NCBI GenBank assembly: GCA_951406725.2
Contig: OX597815.1
Coordinates: 197,966,001 to 198,030,000 of the forward strand
Length of the DNA stretch: 64,000 nt
Source: Octopus vulgaris
Lineage: Eukaryota
Direction of reading: 5' to 3'
Positions within the stretch are counted from its first letter, which is position 1; each line of letters opens with the position of its first letter. The translations under genes were made by a program, and so were the position numbers. This document shows, one piece after another, positions 27,101 through 40,946 of the stretch. The notes under the pieces were generated by a model. The model was not told the origin of the DNA, did not search any database, and worked only from the letters and a program-made list of their open reading frames with translations.

Positions 27101-28590
27101 AATAAATATGTGGTAAATCTGTAAGAGTACGACATTTATGTGATATCATTACACACATATATAACGTAGAGAAAGTGTCATTATGCGTTCATAAGTCTTT
27201 TAATGGGCTTCAATCATTTTCCCTCTTGGGAAAGGCGAAATATATATTGCTACCTTTCTTTTTTTATTTATGATAGTTTCGCGTCAATTGCTTTGCATGT
27301 TTGTATGTTCGTTGGTGGTTTTTCTGGGCGTAAAGCTCTGGGCGTAAAGCTAAAATTGTGCTACTCTTTAAGTGCTGAGTTTAACATTTCCAAATGTGTT
27401 TTTTGCCTTATAATTTATCTGACTATTTAAATGTACGCCGTTCTTCGGTATATTCATTCATTTTTTTTATATTGGTATGTCTATAAGAATATTATTTCCT
27501 GTCGACAATGTCAATATAAAGATGTAACTAGAAACCATTTTCAATATTCAATTACTCAAGGAGAATATACCGCGTTTTATAAGCTGATATATATTTTTAT
27601 ATACCCTGAACACATACGCACAATAACATACATGGATGACACCGTCACATTCATTGCAACTCATGTTCAGACAGAGCTGAGAAATTTGTTAAAAGTTTTT
27701 AAATATCTACTTTGGTAATCTCGAGTCATAGTTTGATATCGCAGAATTGTATAACTATCTCTGCCCCTGTCACTATTGTTAACAATATATCCTAAAGCAA
27801 ATTGACTTACCTTGAAAAAGGATTGATACTAACTACAATATAATAACTATAAATGCCATGGTCAATTCCCCTCCTGCAGACAAGTAGGAGTGCCCAGAAG
27901 TATACTAGACGTCTGAAAGAGTTTCATGTCCAATATGAAAACAAAATCCAGTTAACAAAAATTACTGCATTTCAACTGAGCAATATTAACGCCAACTACG
28001 AAAATGAATGATAGCGCCGAAATAATTGATCTGGAATTTAGACTTAATAAAATAATTATTTGTATATCGTATATCTGTGGAGTTTATGCTTGGAGCTTAC
28101 ATAGAGTCAATGACAGAAAAGTAGGTTATTTAGAACAGTAACCTGAAATAAGATGGCAAACATTAGCAATTTCAAAGCAGAATATCTATCATAATCGGGA
28201 GTGAATCATTCTGCGTTTATACAATATGTGTGTAACGCATATTTCGAATATCGTTGATATTCCATCATAAAATATTGACATTACTTATAATTTACTTTAA
28301 CACGCATAGATGTTATGCAAATTTAATAACTTACAATTTCCATTTATAACCATTATAATACATTCTTCTATACCGCAAGTACACAGATTGAAGATCACCC
28401 CTATACAACTTTTTTCAAAATTATTTCATTATCGCTTCAGACACCGTATAACTTCAACGAATGAATTGCATCAAATTTGATATTAGATTGCCACCGAATA
28501 CTGCTATACATACATAAATAGATACATATGTGTGTGAACGTGTGTATGCGTGTGTGTGCGTATGTGTGTGTGTATATATGTGTCTGTATA

Positions 28591-28638
<48 letters not shown>

Positions 28639-28703
28639 CATATATATGTATATATATATATATATATATACATATACATACACACACATACATACATACA
28701 TAC

Positions 28704-28763
<60 letters not shown>

Positions 28764-30044
28764 TAAGATCCAAAGATCGAGTTGCAGGAAGACGTTAGCT
28801 TCAAGCAAACCGTAGTAAAAATATAAAGAACAACTTTCAGGCACACTAGTGGTTTATTAAGACGGAAGTTGTGTATTTTTCTCATGAAAGTACGATAAAA
28901 TGAAAAAAGTTAATTTTACATTTCACGGTAGGCAACTAAGTTTGCCAGGTATACGAATAAGAATACATGAGTTAAGGTTTGTGTTATGCTCTACACAACG
29001 TTAGAAGCATGTTTATCGTATAATTTTGCTTATACAATTGCTTAAAAGTGCTTAAAACTTGAAATGAATAGCTATCTCTGATAGATTGTAACAAAGGAAT
29101 ATGCATGTAAGTGAAATAACACAAATACACATACCAACGTATATTCGCACACATATGCCGTATTTTAATGAGCACCTAACGATACATGTGACTCCTAAGA
29201 GATACATAACCTATACACCAGACACATGCACTAAACACTAGATTAATCACGCTTATTTTATGAAGTAAACTGTATATATTCTACAGTGCCCGTCTGTATA
29301 TCAGAGCTGAAAAAGGGTTAAAGACTAATAAGATATAACAATTCGGCATTCATGTCTGAAAGCTAATTTTCTCTCATATTCTTAAGAGACCAACATCATT
29401 ATATGTCAAGTACTTATCTTGTTGCTGTATGGCATCTGTGATACATTATGCAGTGAGATGTGCACTACGTTCGTAATACCGAAGCTTTGTAAACTATCAA
29501 TAATTGCCATCGATAAAATGATTTATGGTAACATAATTATTCATATGTTCTATGGAGAAATGTCAGAAATGGCGACAACGCATCTTGGAACTTTAGCTTT
29601 GTGCCTCAATAAATGAACTTCAAATTCTATGGATGCTGATTTAGCCTTCAACTCTCAAAGATATCAGAATGTTAAGTACTGGCAACATACAGTGTTCTTG
29701 TTCATAGATTATATTACGAATATTAGCATTTATATAGCAGTTATAAGCAGTCTCATTCTTAATAGATGTTTAAATTTTTATCACGATACATGTGTGCTTA
29801 ATTATATTTCGCAGAAAATGATATTACATTTAAATGTATTTAGAGACATATATTTTGTTTACGAGAGGAAACAACTAAATATATAAGTATTAAATATAAT
29901 CTTGATAATCAATTTCTCTCATTAATCTTTTTACCTACCACTTACAAAATATGCAATAATAACAGTAGGATATACTAAGTGCATACTTCAAAAGAGATTT
30001 CCAAAACGACACGATTAATGCCGAACGTTTTTTCATGAATGACT

Positions 30045-30246
30045 ACTCTTTACTCTTTTACTCTTTTACTTGTTTCAGTCATTTGACTGCGGCCTTTAGT
30101 CGAGCAAATCGACCCCGGGTCTTATTCTTTGTAAGCCCAGTACTTATTATATCGGTCTCTTTTGCCGAACCGCTAAGTGACGGGGACGTAAACACTCCAG
30201 CATCGGTTGTCAAGCAATGCTAGGGAGGACAAACACAGACACACAA

Positions 30247-30277
<31 letters not shown>

Positions 30278-30448
30278 CATATACACGACAGGCTTCTTTC
30301 AGTTTCCGTCTACCAACTCCACTCACAAGCCATTGGTCGGCCCGGGGCTATAGCAGAAGACACCTGCCCAAGATGCCACGCAGTGGGACTGAACCCGGAA
30401 CCATGTGGTTGATTAGCAAGCTACTTACCACACAGCCACTCCTGCGAC
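30045..30448 (-). mobile_element. SINE family A, near full length
   Basis: Reverse complement GCAGGAGTGGCTGTGTGGTAAG...; (TACTCTTT)n tail. Confidence 0.9.
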
Positions 30449-30931
30449 TATGTTTTTTTTGTTTTCCTGACATATCACATTAGGATACACATCACTAATC
30501 ACTTAGTATTTTACTTACGTAATGGGACTACATTAGCGCATACACATTAACGAATACACACGCTCATATAAACACACACATGCGCATATCTTTCACACAC
30601 AGACAAACACACACACACACACTTATATACTACATACATATCTCCATATCAATCTTAATAGCAGATACACAATTTATGAAGTCACCCAGATGCATTGACA
30701 ACTATACTAGAGAGGCATCTGTTCACGTTCCTAACAGACAATAGCATCCTAACCAAGACTAAGAACATGGAACCCATGTATAAAAGTGCTGCCTCAAACA
30801 TATTCGACAGCATTATCACCTGGTGTCTATCTCAATCGTCTATCTCAAATTTGATACGCTCGATTTCTAAATTCGATATACGTGTACATTTAGAAGGGTG
30901 TCCTAATTCATATTCCATGCGGCAAATGTGA

Positions 30932-31193
30932 GATAGAATGGTTGTATACTGTCAATCTAACACGAACGTGACAGTAGGAGGGTACACCACCGCTGTTTAG
31001 CCCTAGGAAGCATCGACGCCTCCTGATGGCTTTGACACATTTTTCCTGTGTCCTTATACACATTTACGAAGGACACAGGAAAAATGTATCAAAGCCATCA
31101 GGAGGCGTCGATGCTTCCTAGGGCTATACAGCGGTGGTGTACCCCACCTACTGTCACGTTCGTGTTAGATTGACAGTATACAACCATTCTATC
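30932..31193. repeat. Near-perfect foldback: ~124-bp arms with a 13-bp spacer
   Basis: 30932-31055 is the reverse complement of 31069-31193 with only a few differences. Confidence 0.95.
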
Positions 31194-31356
31194 GCCCCAC
31201 CACCGTACATGTCTCTACGAGAGATATAGAAATTTAGCATTTCTAAAAGTGAGATAATATCAGACAAAATTGCCGAATGAAAGGACTCATTGGTATTTAC
31301 ATATACTTATACATACACTTCTGGCTTTCTTTTTTCTTTGAATAGATTTAGTTTTT

Positions 31357-31596
31357 CTTTTATTCATTTACTTGTTTTAGTCATTTGACTGCGGCCATGC
31401 TGGATCACCGCCTTTAGTCGAGTAAGTCGACCCATTGACTTATTCTTTGTAAGCCTAGTACATATTCTATCGGACCCCGAAATGATGAAAGGCAAAGTCG
31501 ACCTCGGCGGAATTTGAACTCAGAACATAGCGGCAGACAAAATACCGCTAAGCATTTCGCCCGGTGTGCTAACGTATCTGTCAACTCGCCGCCTTG
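31357..31596 (-). mobile_element. SINE with family B head and family A tail
   Basis: GGCGGCGAGTTGACAGATACGTTAGC...GAGGTCGACTTTGCC joined to GGCTTACAAAGAATAAGTC...CCAGCATGGCCGCAGTC. Confidence 0.85.
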
Positions 31597-34500
31597 CAAT
31601 GCCTAAATATTGAGACTTTACAATGGTTGCATTGGTTCATTTTATTGAAAATGGATTTTGATCGTCTTTCAGTAGAGACATTTTTTATGTATAAATCATT
31701 TACGTGGAGCTGATCATGATTAGCTAATTCTGATGTCATAAAAATTAAAGAGTTAAGGACATATGTAGTTTCATGAAATATGCTTTCTAATTAGAGACTG
31801 GAAACTCTAGTTATGTTACTGAAAATCACCTGCACCACCGATACAAAATGTCTTGGATCGACTTTGCGTAACGGTAGTACTCGCTTGTCTTAAGGTATAT
31901 GGTTATGCTCAGATAGTAGGACACAATTAAATGTGCTAACATGCAAAGTAATATCTACGTAGATATTTTAAAGATTATTCCTGAGAATCTCCGTGGAGTT
32001 TTATGGGCTTGAGATTACTACCCTTCGTATCTGTATAGTAGTGTCACAGTGTTTGCAATTGTAAAGGCGTCCAGGATAAATAATCCGAGAAAACCAAAAT
32101 ATTTTCCACCGTCGCAGTTCATCAATCATACACCATAAATTCTTACCCTCTCCTTTTCACTCAGTAACAATAATTTTGAAATTGTAGTGCTTTTCTAGAA
32201 ATCCTGTTATCGAGGCCGTTAATTCTGGCAACTAATTTTCTAAAGTCTACGGTGGTCAAGACGAGTAATGAGGTGACGAAATCTGGTGTAATGAATTAGG
32301 GGAATTTTGGGCTGCTTTATTGACATTAGTACGGACTCATTAAAATCCCATCACGTCAACGCCGTGGCTATTCGTATATATGCGTTGTTGGTTTCGAGAA
32401 CACATATACTGTATTACAATGCCAATCTCACTGTTGAGTGTTTTTATAAGTCGATGTCTGGGAATAAATGGATGTTGAGTTTCTTCTTTTTAAGCGTGGT
32501 GTAGGATGCGTGTGACAATATGGTAATAGGATTACATACCTTTAGGAGGACAGCAAGAACTTTTGCTTTTCTGCTTATGTTATTATATGCGCTGCTGGTT
32601 TTCTTGCATGTTTAGTAATACTGTTTGTGTATGGACCAAATTCGTTTGGTGTATGTACTGTAGTTTTCAGTTACAATGTGTACGTAAGTTGAATGTTGAA
32701 ATGTTTTGGAGATATAGTTAGGGTAAAGCGAAAATTTTAACATTTATATGGTGTTCATCGAATTAGATTCTAAGTTCTGAATTTCTTTTGCTGAGAAGGA
32801 CAACGTCTTAATTTCAAGACGAATTGACACGCAAATGCGGTGGTAGTTGCATTCTGGGAGATTTAGTCTTTCTAATGCTTGCATCTCATTACATTTTCTA
32901 TTTCTCCACAATGCACGATGCCAACACAGTTTCGGCAACGTCCTCTCTACTACGATGCAGTTACAAAACGAATTAAGTTAACGTCACTTGAGCAATGTGG
33001 GTCCAAATAATAAAAAAAGGATGTACACTAAGTTTTTTTTAATCGTTCAAGCTGTCTTTGATTATCTAACAAGATACACACGTACTGCTATCAAGAATAT
33101 TTAACATTCGAGCTGACTGGAGATACTATTATAAATACACACTCTTGTATTATACGTGTGTGTATAACTCCTTCTCTCATCGTTTTGCGGGTAATTTATT
33201 TAATGCAGTTGCACCTCAAATCTTACGACGTATTGAAGTAATGTGTAATGTGTGATGTTGACATGTGCATTATTTCAGATTTCCTTGGCTTAAATGAACG
33301 GAACGGCTGACTATCCAAATAACTCTGATTGTCTTTTGGGAAATTTGAGGGGACTATATTTGGGTACCGGTAATCTTCAGGGTAGTTTACGTGTTGAGGT
33401 TGTCTTTATGTAAGCATCATATTTCTCACGGGACCCTAATGACGAATCGGACAACGCCTTTGTGTTACCTAACCTACGATATGTAGAATGTGACAGGTTT
33501 GTGAAATTAGATGTAGTGCAGCTTCTGTATTTTGAATTATTTCAGATTCTATGTGTGTTTGCTTGTATGTAATAGATAAGATGAATAATCCAAGCAAACC
33601 ATTTGCATGGATCTAGATAAGAAATTTATAATGCGTTATTAAATTACTAGCCTATTAGTTATTATTTTTGTTTTGATAAATCACTCTGAAGATAAATTCA
33701 CATAATTACGAATGAAATTTCTGGAGTTAATCTATACATGTTGTCGAATACTTTAATTCAATTATATGAATTCAAGTCATTAAGAAGCAATCTTAGAACA
33801 TTTACTATTATCAATTAAGCAAATTTCACTTAGTGAAAAATTTACCTCATTCTCATACGCCCACATATGAATGTGTCTGTGTATGCGCGCTAACATGTGC
33901 TTAATTTCGCATCAGTGCAGCCATTTTCAAACTGTACGGTGCTGCAAAATGCTCAGTCAGCCGAAACGACTATAAATTAATGAGCCTCATCTGCAACTAA
34001 TTTCAGACCGCCCTTTCTTAGTATGTAATTTAAAGTATTTATAATGAAAATGTTTTTTTTTTTTAGTATGTATCTGGTTATTTATAAAATCATCTAAATT
34101 TTAATTTTTATGATAACAATAAAACTGTTTTCATTAACTTAATAAATTCAATTATGTTCAATCTATCATCCTGCAGTAAATATCGTTTAATACCTAACAC
34201 CCGATTTCACGGATTTACGATGTGCCGAATAATATATCATGGAAATTTTATACTTAGAAATACAGATAAAAGACACTGAGAGATGAAAGGTATAATATAA
34301 TCGACAAGGATTTGAATTTTGAAAGATAAATCGATGCCTCCTTGATTACAATATTTATGTCTTTTGCCCAGTAAAAGTATGATAAACTGTGAAAATATTA
34401 TTCAGCTATCTAGTCAATACAGCAGCCATTTTGAGAATTGAACTGAATACTACTCATACACGTTTTATCGATCTCGTTTAGATTTAAAATAAAACGGTGG

Positions 34501-34716
34501 TTTTGGATTTAAATTCTTTTCATAAAAGACTTACCAAATACCGTTATTCTTTGTATCCTGTATTCTTCACAAACTATCTTCTATCGCCAAAAATAGAACT
34601 AATCTATACAGAAAGTGATAAAATATTTAGTTCAAACTGCACTCAGCTGATTTGCTTTTCATTAATGTTCAGTCCACAAAATAAATATATATTAATGTCG
34701 AATTTTTGGATAATGA

Positions 34717-34920
34717 AGACGGTGAGCTGGTGGAATCGTTAGCACACCAGGCAAAATGGCATAATGGTATTTCACCTGTATTTATGTTCAGAGTTCAAAT
34801 TCCACCGACGTTAACTATGATTTTATACCTTCGGGGTTGATGATTTAAGTACCAGGCTGTTATAATTGACAATCATCTCCGCTCACCCAACTATAGGCTT
34901 TGTGCCTATAGTAGAAAGGA
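34717..34920 (+). mobile_element. SINE family B (diverged)
   Basis: GGTGAGCTGGTGGAATCGTTAGCAC...GAGTTCAAATTCC. Confidence 0.8.
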
Positions 34921-34986
34921 TTTATTGGATAACGACTAGATCCTTGTTTCACATTCCATATTTGTTAAACTACAATTAATGGCAAA

Positions 34987-35205
34987 CAAGGCACTGAGCT
35001 GGCAGAATCTTTAGCAAGCCGGGCAAAATGCATGACGGCATTTCGTCCGTCTTTACGTTCTGAGTTCAAATTCCGACAAGGCCAACTTTGTCTTTCATTC
35101 ATTCGGAGTAAATAATATAGATGTTAGTTGAGTACTGGGATCGTTGTAAACGACTAGTTCCCCTCTTCCGAAATTGCTGATCCTGCACTAAAGTTAGAAG
35201 CCAAT
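34987..35205 (+). mobile_element. SINE family B (diverged)
   Basis: GAGCTGGCAGAATCTTTAGC...CTGAGTTCAAATTCCG. Confidence 0.8.
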
Positions 35206-35559
35206 ATTATAAATAACATTTATATATTTAATCTTATATACAACGCTAAAAAAACTATACACAGTATAACATAACAAGTTACTAATACTAATAATAATTA
35301 GAACCAGTAACAAGACCATTTCAACGCAAGGTATTCCTCTGTAGACGAATACTCACACTTGTTGCTTCACTGCGTCAAATATTTAATGAGAGATTTCATT
35401 TTTCCTGCGTAGAAATGTTTTAGGACTGGCCAGGATGGCGCTTTACAAAGGAGATTATGAATTTTCAGTTTCATAATCGTGTGATTGGATCTGAGATCGA
35501 AGGGGATCGGCAAAAATACCTCAAAATACTTTTTTCCGATGAACTAATCTCCTTGTCGA

Positions 35560-35589
35560 GAAGTAGTAATAGTAGTAGTGGTAGTAGTG

Positions 35590-35629
<40 letters not shown>

Positions 35630-35815
35630 CGGTAGCAGCAGAAGTAGTAATAGTGGAGGCACTAGCAGCAGCAGCGACAGCAGTAGTAGTAGTATTAGTA
35701 GTAGTGGTAGTAGTAGAAGTAGTAGAATAGTATTTGATGGGAGCAGTGGCGGTGGCGACAATAGTAGTACTAGTAGTTGACGGGAACGGTGGCGGTGGCA
35801 GCAGTGATAGTAGTA

Positions 35816-35878
<63 letters not shown>

Positions 35879-36021
35879 ATAGTAGTAGTGGTGGCAAGTG
35901 TAGCAGCAGTAGTATTAGTATTAGTAGTAGTGGCAGTATTAGTATTATTTGATCAGAGAGGTGGCGGTGGCGGCAGTAGTAGTAGCAGTAGTTGGTGGGA
36001 GCGGTGACGGTGACAGCAGCT

Positions 36022-36112
<91 letters not shown>

Positions 36113-36160
36113 CAGCAGAAGCAGTAGCAGCACTAGTGGTAGTAGTATTAGTATTAGTAT

Positions 36161-36191
<31 letters not shown>

Positions 36192-36278
36192 GGTGGTAGT
36201 GGTGGCGGTAGTAGTAGTATTAGTAGTAGTAGTAGTAGTAGTAGCAGTAGTAGTGGTGGTAGTGGTAGTAATAGTAGC

Positions 36279-36320
<42 letters not shown>

Positions 36321-36342
36321 AGTGGTAGTAATAGTTGTTGTT

Positions 36343-36388
<46 letters not shown>

Positions 36389-36395
36389 CAGCAGC
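35560..36395. repeat. Degenerate (AGT/GGT/AGC)n trinucleotide tract
   Basis: Direct reading; source of the poly-S, poly-V and poly-L ORFs. Confidence 0.95.
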
Positions 36396-37272
36396 AGAGT
36401 ATACAAGTTAAATGAAGAAAGCAATGAGGGTGATCATGAATCCTTACGGCAATAGAATAAGATAACAAGAGAAAAGTCACCCAATTCGAGAAAATATTTA
36501 TTTCCCAGGCATTTGCATGTGACTCGTGTGTTAGTTCGAATGCCAACTGGAGCTTATTTACTGTTTACATATCAGAGATCGAAAACGAATGAATGTATTC
36601 AGTAAAATATTATTACACATAGAATGCTCTAGCTTCGTACCAGAGTAAATAACAATTATTAACATTCATTACCCTAGTTTTGGCTCGTGCATTTCAAATA
36701 CTTTCAAAATCCCTCTATACGCATGCGCACATGCGCACCAACAACACCTACGCATCAAGAAAAATATAGCAACCCAGAAAGCGAAAGCTAGTTTCAATAG
36801 TGTAATCTGATACATCGGACCAAATGTAATAGTATTAATTTTGTGGCATAAGCGAGTGATGTCGGCATGTTTGGGTCGATAAATATTCTGATATACTGAT
36901 TCAAATCTTTAGTCTATTGAAGATAAACATTCTAATGAGATTTGTTCTGCATGAAAGGCGTCTATGCTATTGATTCCAGTTATAGATATCCGGGAACTTT
37001 GCCAGGCAAGGAGAATCATGGATTCATGAAAATATAGCCAAACTTACTAAATACGAAATTTTGAATTTGGATAAAGTTCCATATGATGAATCATTGGTAA
37101 CAGCTGCATTAAATATATTTATGTACTCTGTGGAGTTTGTCTCGAAAGAATCATGCACGAATACACTCGTAAATACAATGCAGGCACAAGCATACACAAG
37201 CGTCTGCATTCACACACACACACGTACTCAGGCGCACATGTATATCTACCATTATATATGCATGCGTATACG

Positions 37273-37494
<222 letters not shown>

Positions 37495-38528
37495 CGGATA
37501 TATGTTTTATAATAGCATTATTACGCTTATTTTACTATAGCAGATTATGTTTCTATGCAGATCAGGGATTGGAACGGCGAATATAAATATATGGTATCCC
37601 GAGCGAAGTTGTTTGTCTTATATGCATTTCCGTCCATTTTCATATTCTGTAAAGATCGAATTTGACATTAATCTTATGGGACAGGTGATATAAATACCAG
37701 TCATGTACTATGATCGATATAATCTGCTTTTGAAACACACAATACTTATACGCACTTACACAGAGATACTATTGCTAATCTCTCAACGATTTTACTATAT
37801 CCTAGCTTTATTATTAAGACCGTTCTTATCAAGTAAATCGGACGAAGGATTTAATTGGCAGCATCACTATGAATTTTTAGGCATAAATTTATTGTTGGCT
37901 TCTGTATTGTTCCTTACTTTAAATCTTTCGACGGTCGAATTTGTCTTTCGGTATTCCGCGAAAGATTAAATGAAATGATTAAAAATGGTGTATCTGTTAC
38001 TTTCAAAATATTTGACGAGTGTATTTTGTACGAAAACATCGGTGGCTATTTACGTTTTGAGCTCAAAACCCGTTGAGTTTAACTTTTTACTTTTATTATC
38101 TGAGGATGATACAAAATTCACCAGTGGGTTAAACTTTCCGATATTTTCGAGTTACTGCTTCTCGTGTAATACGTGGCAGTAATCTTATGCTAGACAAATT
38201 GTTATGCAAGTGAAATGATCGGAATTAGGAACCATTTTTAGTAATAATAACGATACAAGGAGAAAAATTGATTTCCAGATGAAAAACATTCTGATATCAA
38301 AAATTCTAGCATAAAAGAATGTATATTTCTGCGTATCACACGCTTCCTGGCTTATATAATCTGTTATTTGATGCTGTACCCACCAGAATGCCACAGATTG
38401 GGATTGAGGTTTAATGCTTGAATATTTTTATGCTACATTACTCCGACGTCATGGGGTTAAAATTTGGATCACTCAGTCATAAAATTTTAATTTTATTTTA
38501 TATATACGTATATATATATATATATATA

Positions 38529-38809
38529 TACAAAATTTAGAGGACTGACCACTAAAGGTAGACAGCCTGTATGCTAGATATAGACATCAAAATCGCTAAA
38601 GTTGTTTTTTACTGAATTTTTTCTTGAGAACACATTCTTCGTGGAAAATTGCATTTTGACGTATATATCTAGCATACAGGCTGTCTAATTTTAGAGGTCA
38701 GTCCATTAAATTTTGTATGTAAACATTTTTTTAATATTCGGATTTTTTAAAAATATGCTAGGCCACTGGTTTTTATAGATTAATATCAATTTCTACCCAT
38801 ATTTAATTT

Positions 38810-38815
<6 letters not shown>
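38529..38815. repeat. (TA)n-flanked element with an internal inverted duplication
   Basis: 38529-38596 is the reverse complement of ~38652-38719; the rest matches 20062-20160 inverted. Confidence 0.8.
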
Positions 38816-38849
<34 letters not shown>

Positions 38850-39169
38850 AACGTATATTTAGTGACCAGCAGAATGCGAACCAAGACCTATATCAGCGGC
38901 TGTACAATTAATGAGAATAAAAAAAAACCTGGACATCCGTAGATAATTTATATGTAATCAATTCAGAAAGTGGATGACAAAACTAACTATAAAACGTCTT
39001 CGGAACACATTAAACTTTCGTTTTGGAAGTAAGTTACACTTCATACTCGTTTGCGAAAAGGTGCTTCTGTGTGGAAATTACGTTATTGATCGAATTCTTT
39101 ATATCATTAAATGATTTAGTATTCATCATTTAAGAATCAGTTCCTCATCATGTTCCCATTCTCAAAGAG

Positions 39170-39435
39170 TGTTATATCGCAATACTACACAGTCGCTATG
39201 TGAGCTACGAAATACCAGTAGCCACTATTACGTCGCACGTTTGGATGTTTTCTACTCAACGCGACTCCACTCTTCTCTACTCTGACTGCTACTCAACTCG
39301 TACTCGGCTCGACTCTGACTAGTCTACGACTTATTTCTTTATTTCGACTCTGACTAGTCTACGACTGGTAGACATCTCCCTCTATATCTACGTATGGGCT
39401 TGTCTACTTCATCGTCTGGGGGCGTCTACGCAACA
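39170..39435 (-). mobile_element. Solo LTR
   Basis: TGTT...AACA termini; flanks AAGAG/AAGAA (5-bp TSD, one mismatch); AATAAA on the minus strand; homologous to 55097-55331. Confidence 0.75.
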
Positions 39436-39711
39436 AAGAAGCAACTAAATTATCATTTGAAGTGTTTTGAAAAGTGAAATTATTATTCACGAGAGGTAAA
39501 CATTTTATTTGTTATCGTTTTAGCGACAAAAGAAAGTCAACACTTTTCATATCGAAATGAACAAAAGACAGAGCAGTAATATTTTGTGCATTCTGGCAAA
39601 ATTGTAAGAACATTTCAACTGTGAAGTTTGAACTCGATTTCTTCAAATGAAGATCAGACTGTGCAAATCTCTACAATCATCTTTATAAGGATGAAGAAAT
39701 TGGAGTAAATA

Positions 39712-40946
39712 TCAGGTCATCCCATAAGTTCTGTCCTAATTTTGAATAACAAAAACAAGTAATCAAATGTTATATTTAATTGAAATTTAATCATCAATTT
39801 ACCAGCTTTTTAATCCCATCAATATAAAATTATTTTGGATTCAAGGCGAAGAATTCAGAAATGTCAATTTCGACCTCCTCCGGGCTTGCGAAAGTTATAT
39901 CCCCCAAAAGATTCTGTAAACTACGAAACAAATGGTAGTCTGAAGGAGCAACGTCGAGAGAATAAGTTTCAACCAAGCTCTTTGATCTTCTGTGATGTGA
40001 TCTTTGCAGTGTTGATTCACGCATTGTTCTGATGAAACATTACTCCTTTTCGATTCACTAAAGCGGGTCTTCTTTTCTTCAAAGCTTGGTTCAAACGCTT
40101 TAATTGCTGACAGTAGACTTGAGCATTGATAGTTGCATTAGGTGGTAACAATTCAAAGTGAATTACTCCTTTGAAATCCGGCCAGATAGAGAGAAGAACC
40201 TTTTCCCATGAAGTTCCCTTCTCGGTTGTTGTTAAGCTTTTTCCCTTTTACCAGGCCACTATTTACGACGTTTAACATTTCGATAGAAGATCCATTTTTC
40301 TTCACCAGTCACAAGTTATCCAAACAGGGTGAAATGAGTTCGCGATAATGGAGAGAAGAACAGATGTCAACTGGAGATTTGTGTTTGCCCTCGGACAATT
40401 CATGAGGCACCCATTTTCCAAGTTTGGGAAGCTTTCCAAGTTGTTGGAGATGACGATGAACAGTTTTATCGTTTGAGCTAAGCTTCATTTCCAATTCTTC
40501 AACTGATAATGCAGGATTCTCTAAAAGTAATGCCTCAAGGAGCTTGTCATAAAACTCAATTGAACATCCTGTTCAATCTTCATCTTCGAGGCTGAAATCT
40601 CCACTTCTGAATTTTGCAAACCATCTTCTGCAAGTTCTTTCATTCAAGCATTCTTTCCCATAAACTGAGTGTATGTTTCGAGGCGCTTCGGCTGCAAAGT
40701 TCTTTTTTTTTTTGTATTCATAAAGCATTATGTACCTTAAATGTTCTTTGGATACTTCCATGTTAGAAAGGTTTTTAATCAAAGAAATTTTAATTCTATT
40801 ATTTCTTTAAAATAATATTTAACTAGTTTAAATGTACACAAATGCATAAAAATAATTTTTAATTCCATAAGGCATTCTAAAATACTATTAAATTTCATAC
40901 AAATTTAAGAAAGATAAAATCGGAGAGAAATAATGGAATGACTTGA
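39712..40946 (-). mobile_element. Mariner DNA transposon, decayed but with both ends
   Basis: TIRs TCAGGTCATCCCATAAGTTCTGTCC / reverse complement TCAAGTCATTCCATTATTTCTCTCC; TA on both sides. Confidence 0.9.
39790..40761 (-). pseudogene. Mariner transposase pseudogene
   Basis: MEVSKEHLRYIML, RRWFAKFRSGDFSLED, WVPHELSE, VTGEEKWIFY, FHQNNA and YSLDVAPSDYHLFRSLQN; stops and frameshifts; first two catalytic Asp replaced (E, N). Confidence 0.92.

Noticed and set aside
30695-30931. TTILERHLFTFLTDNSIL, faintly like a non-LTR RT N-terminal segment
   Set aside because: Too short, and no following RT motifs were found
35457-36546. Poly-Ser/Val/Leu/Tyr ORFs
   Set aside because: Artefacts of the (AGT)n tract; open in several frames on both strands
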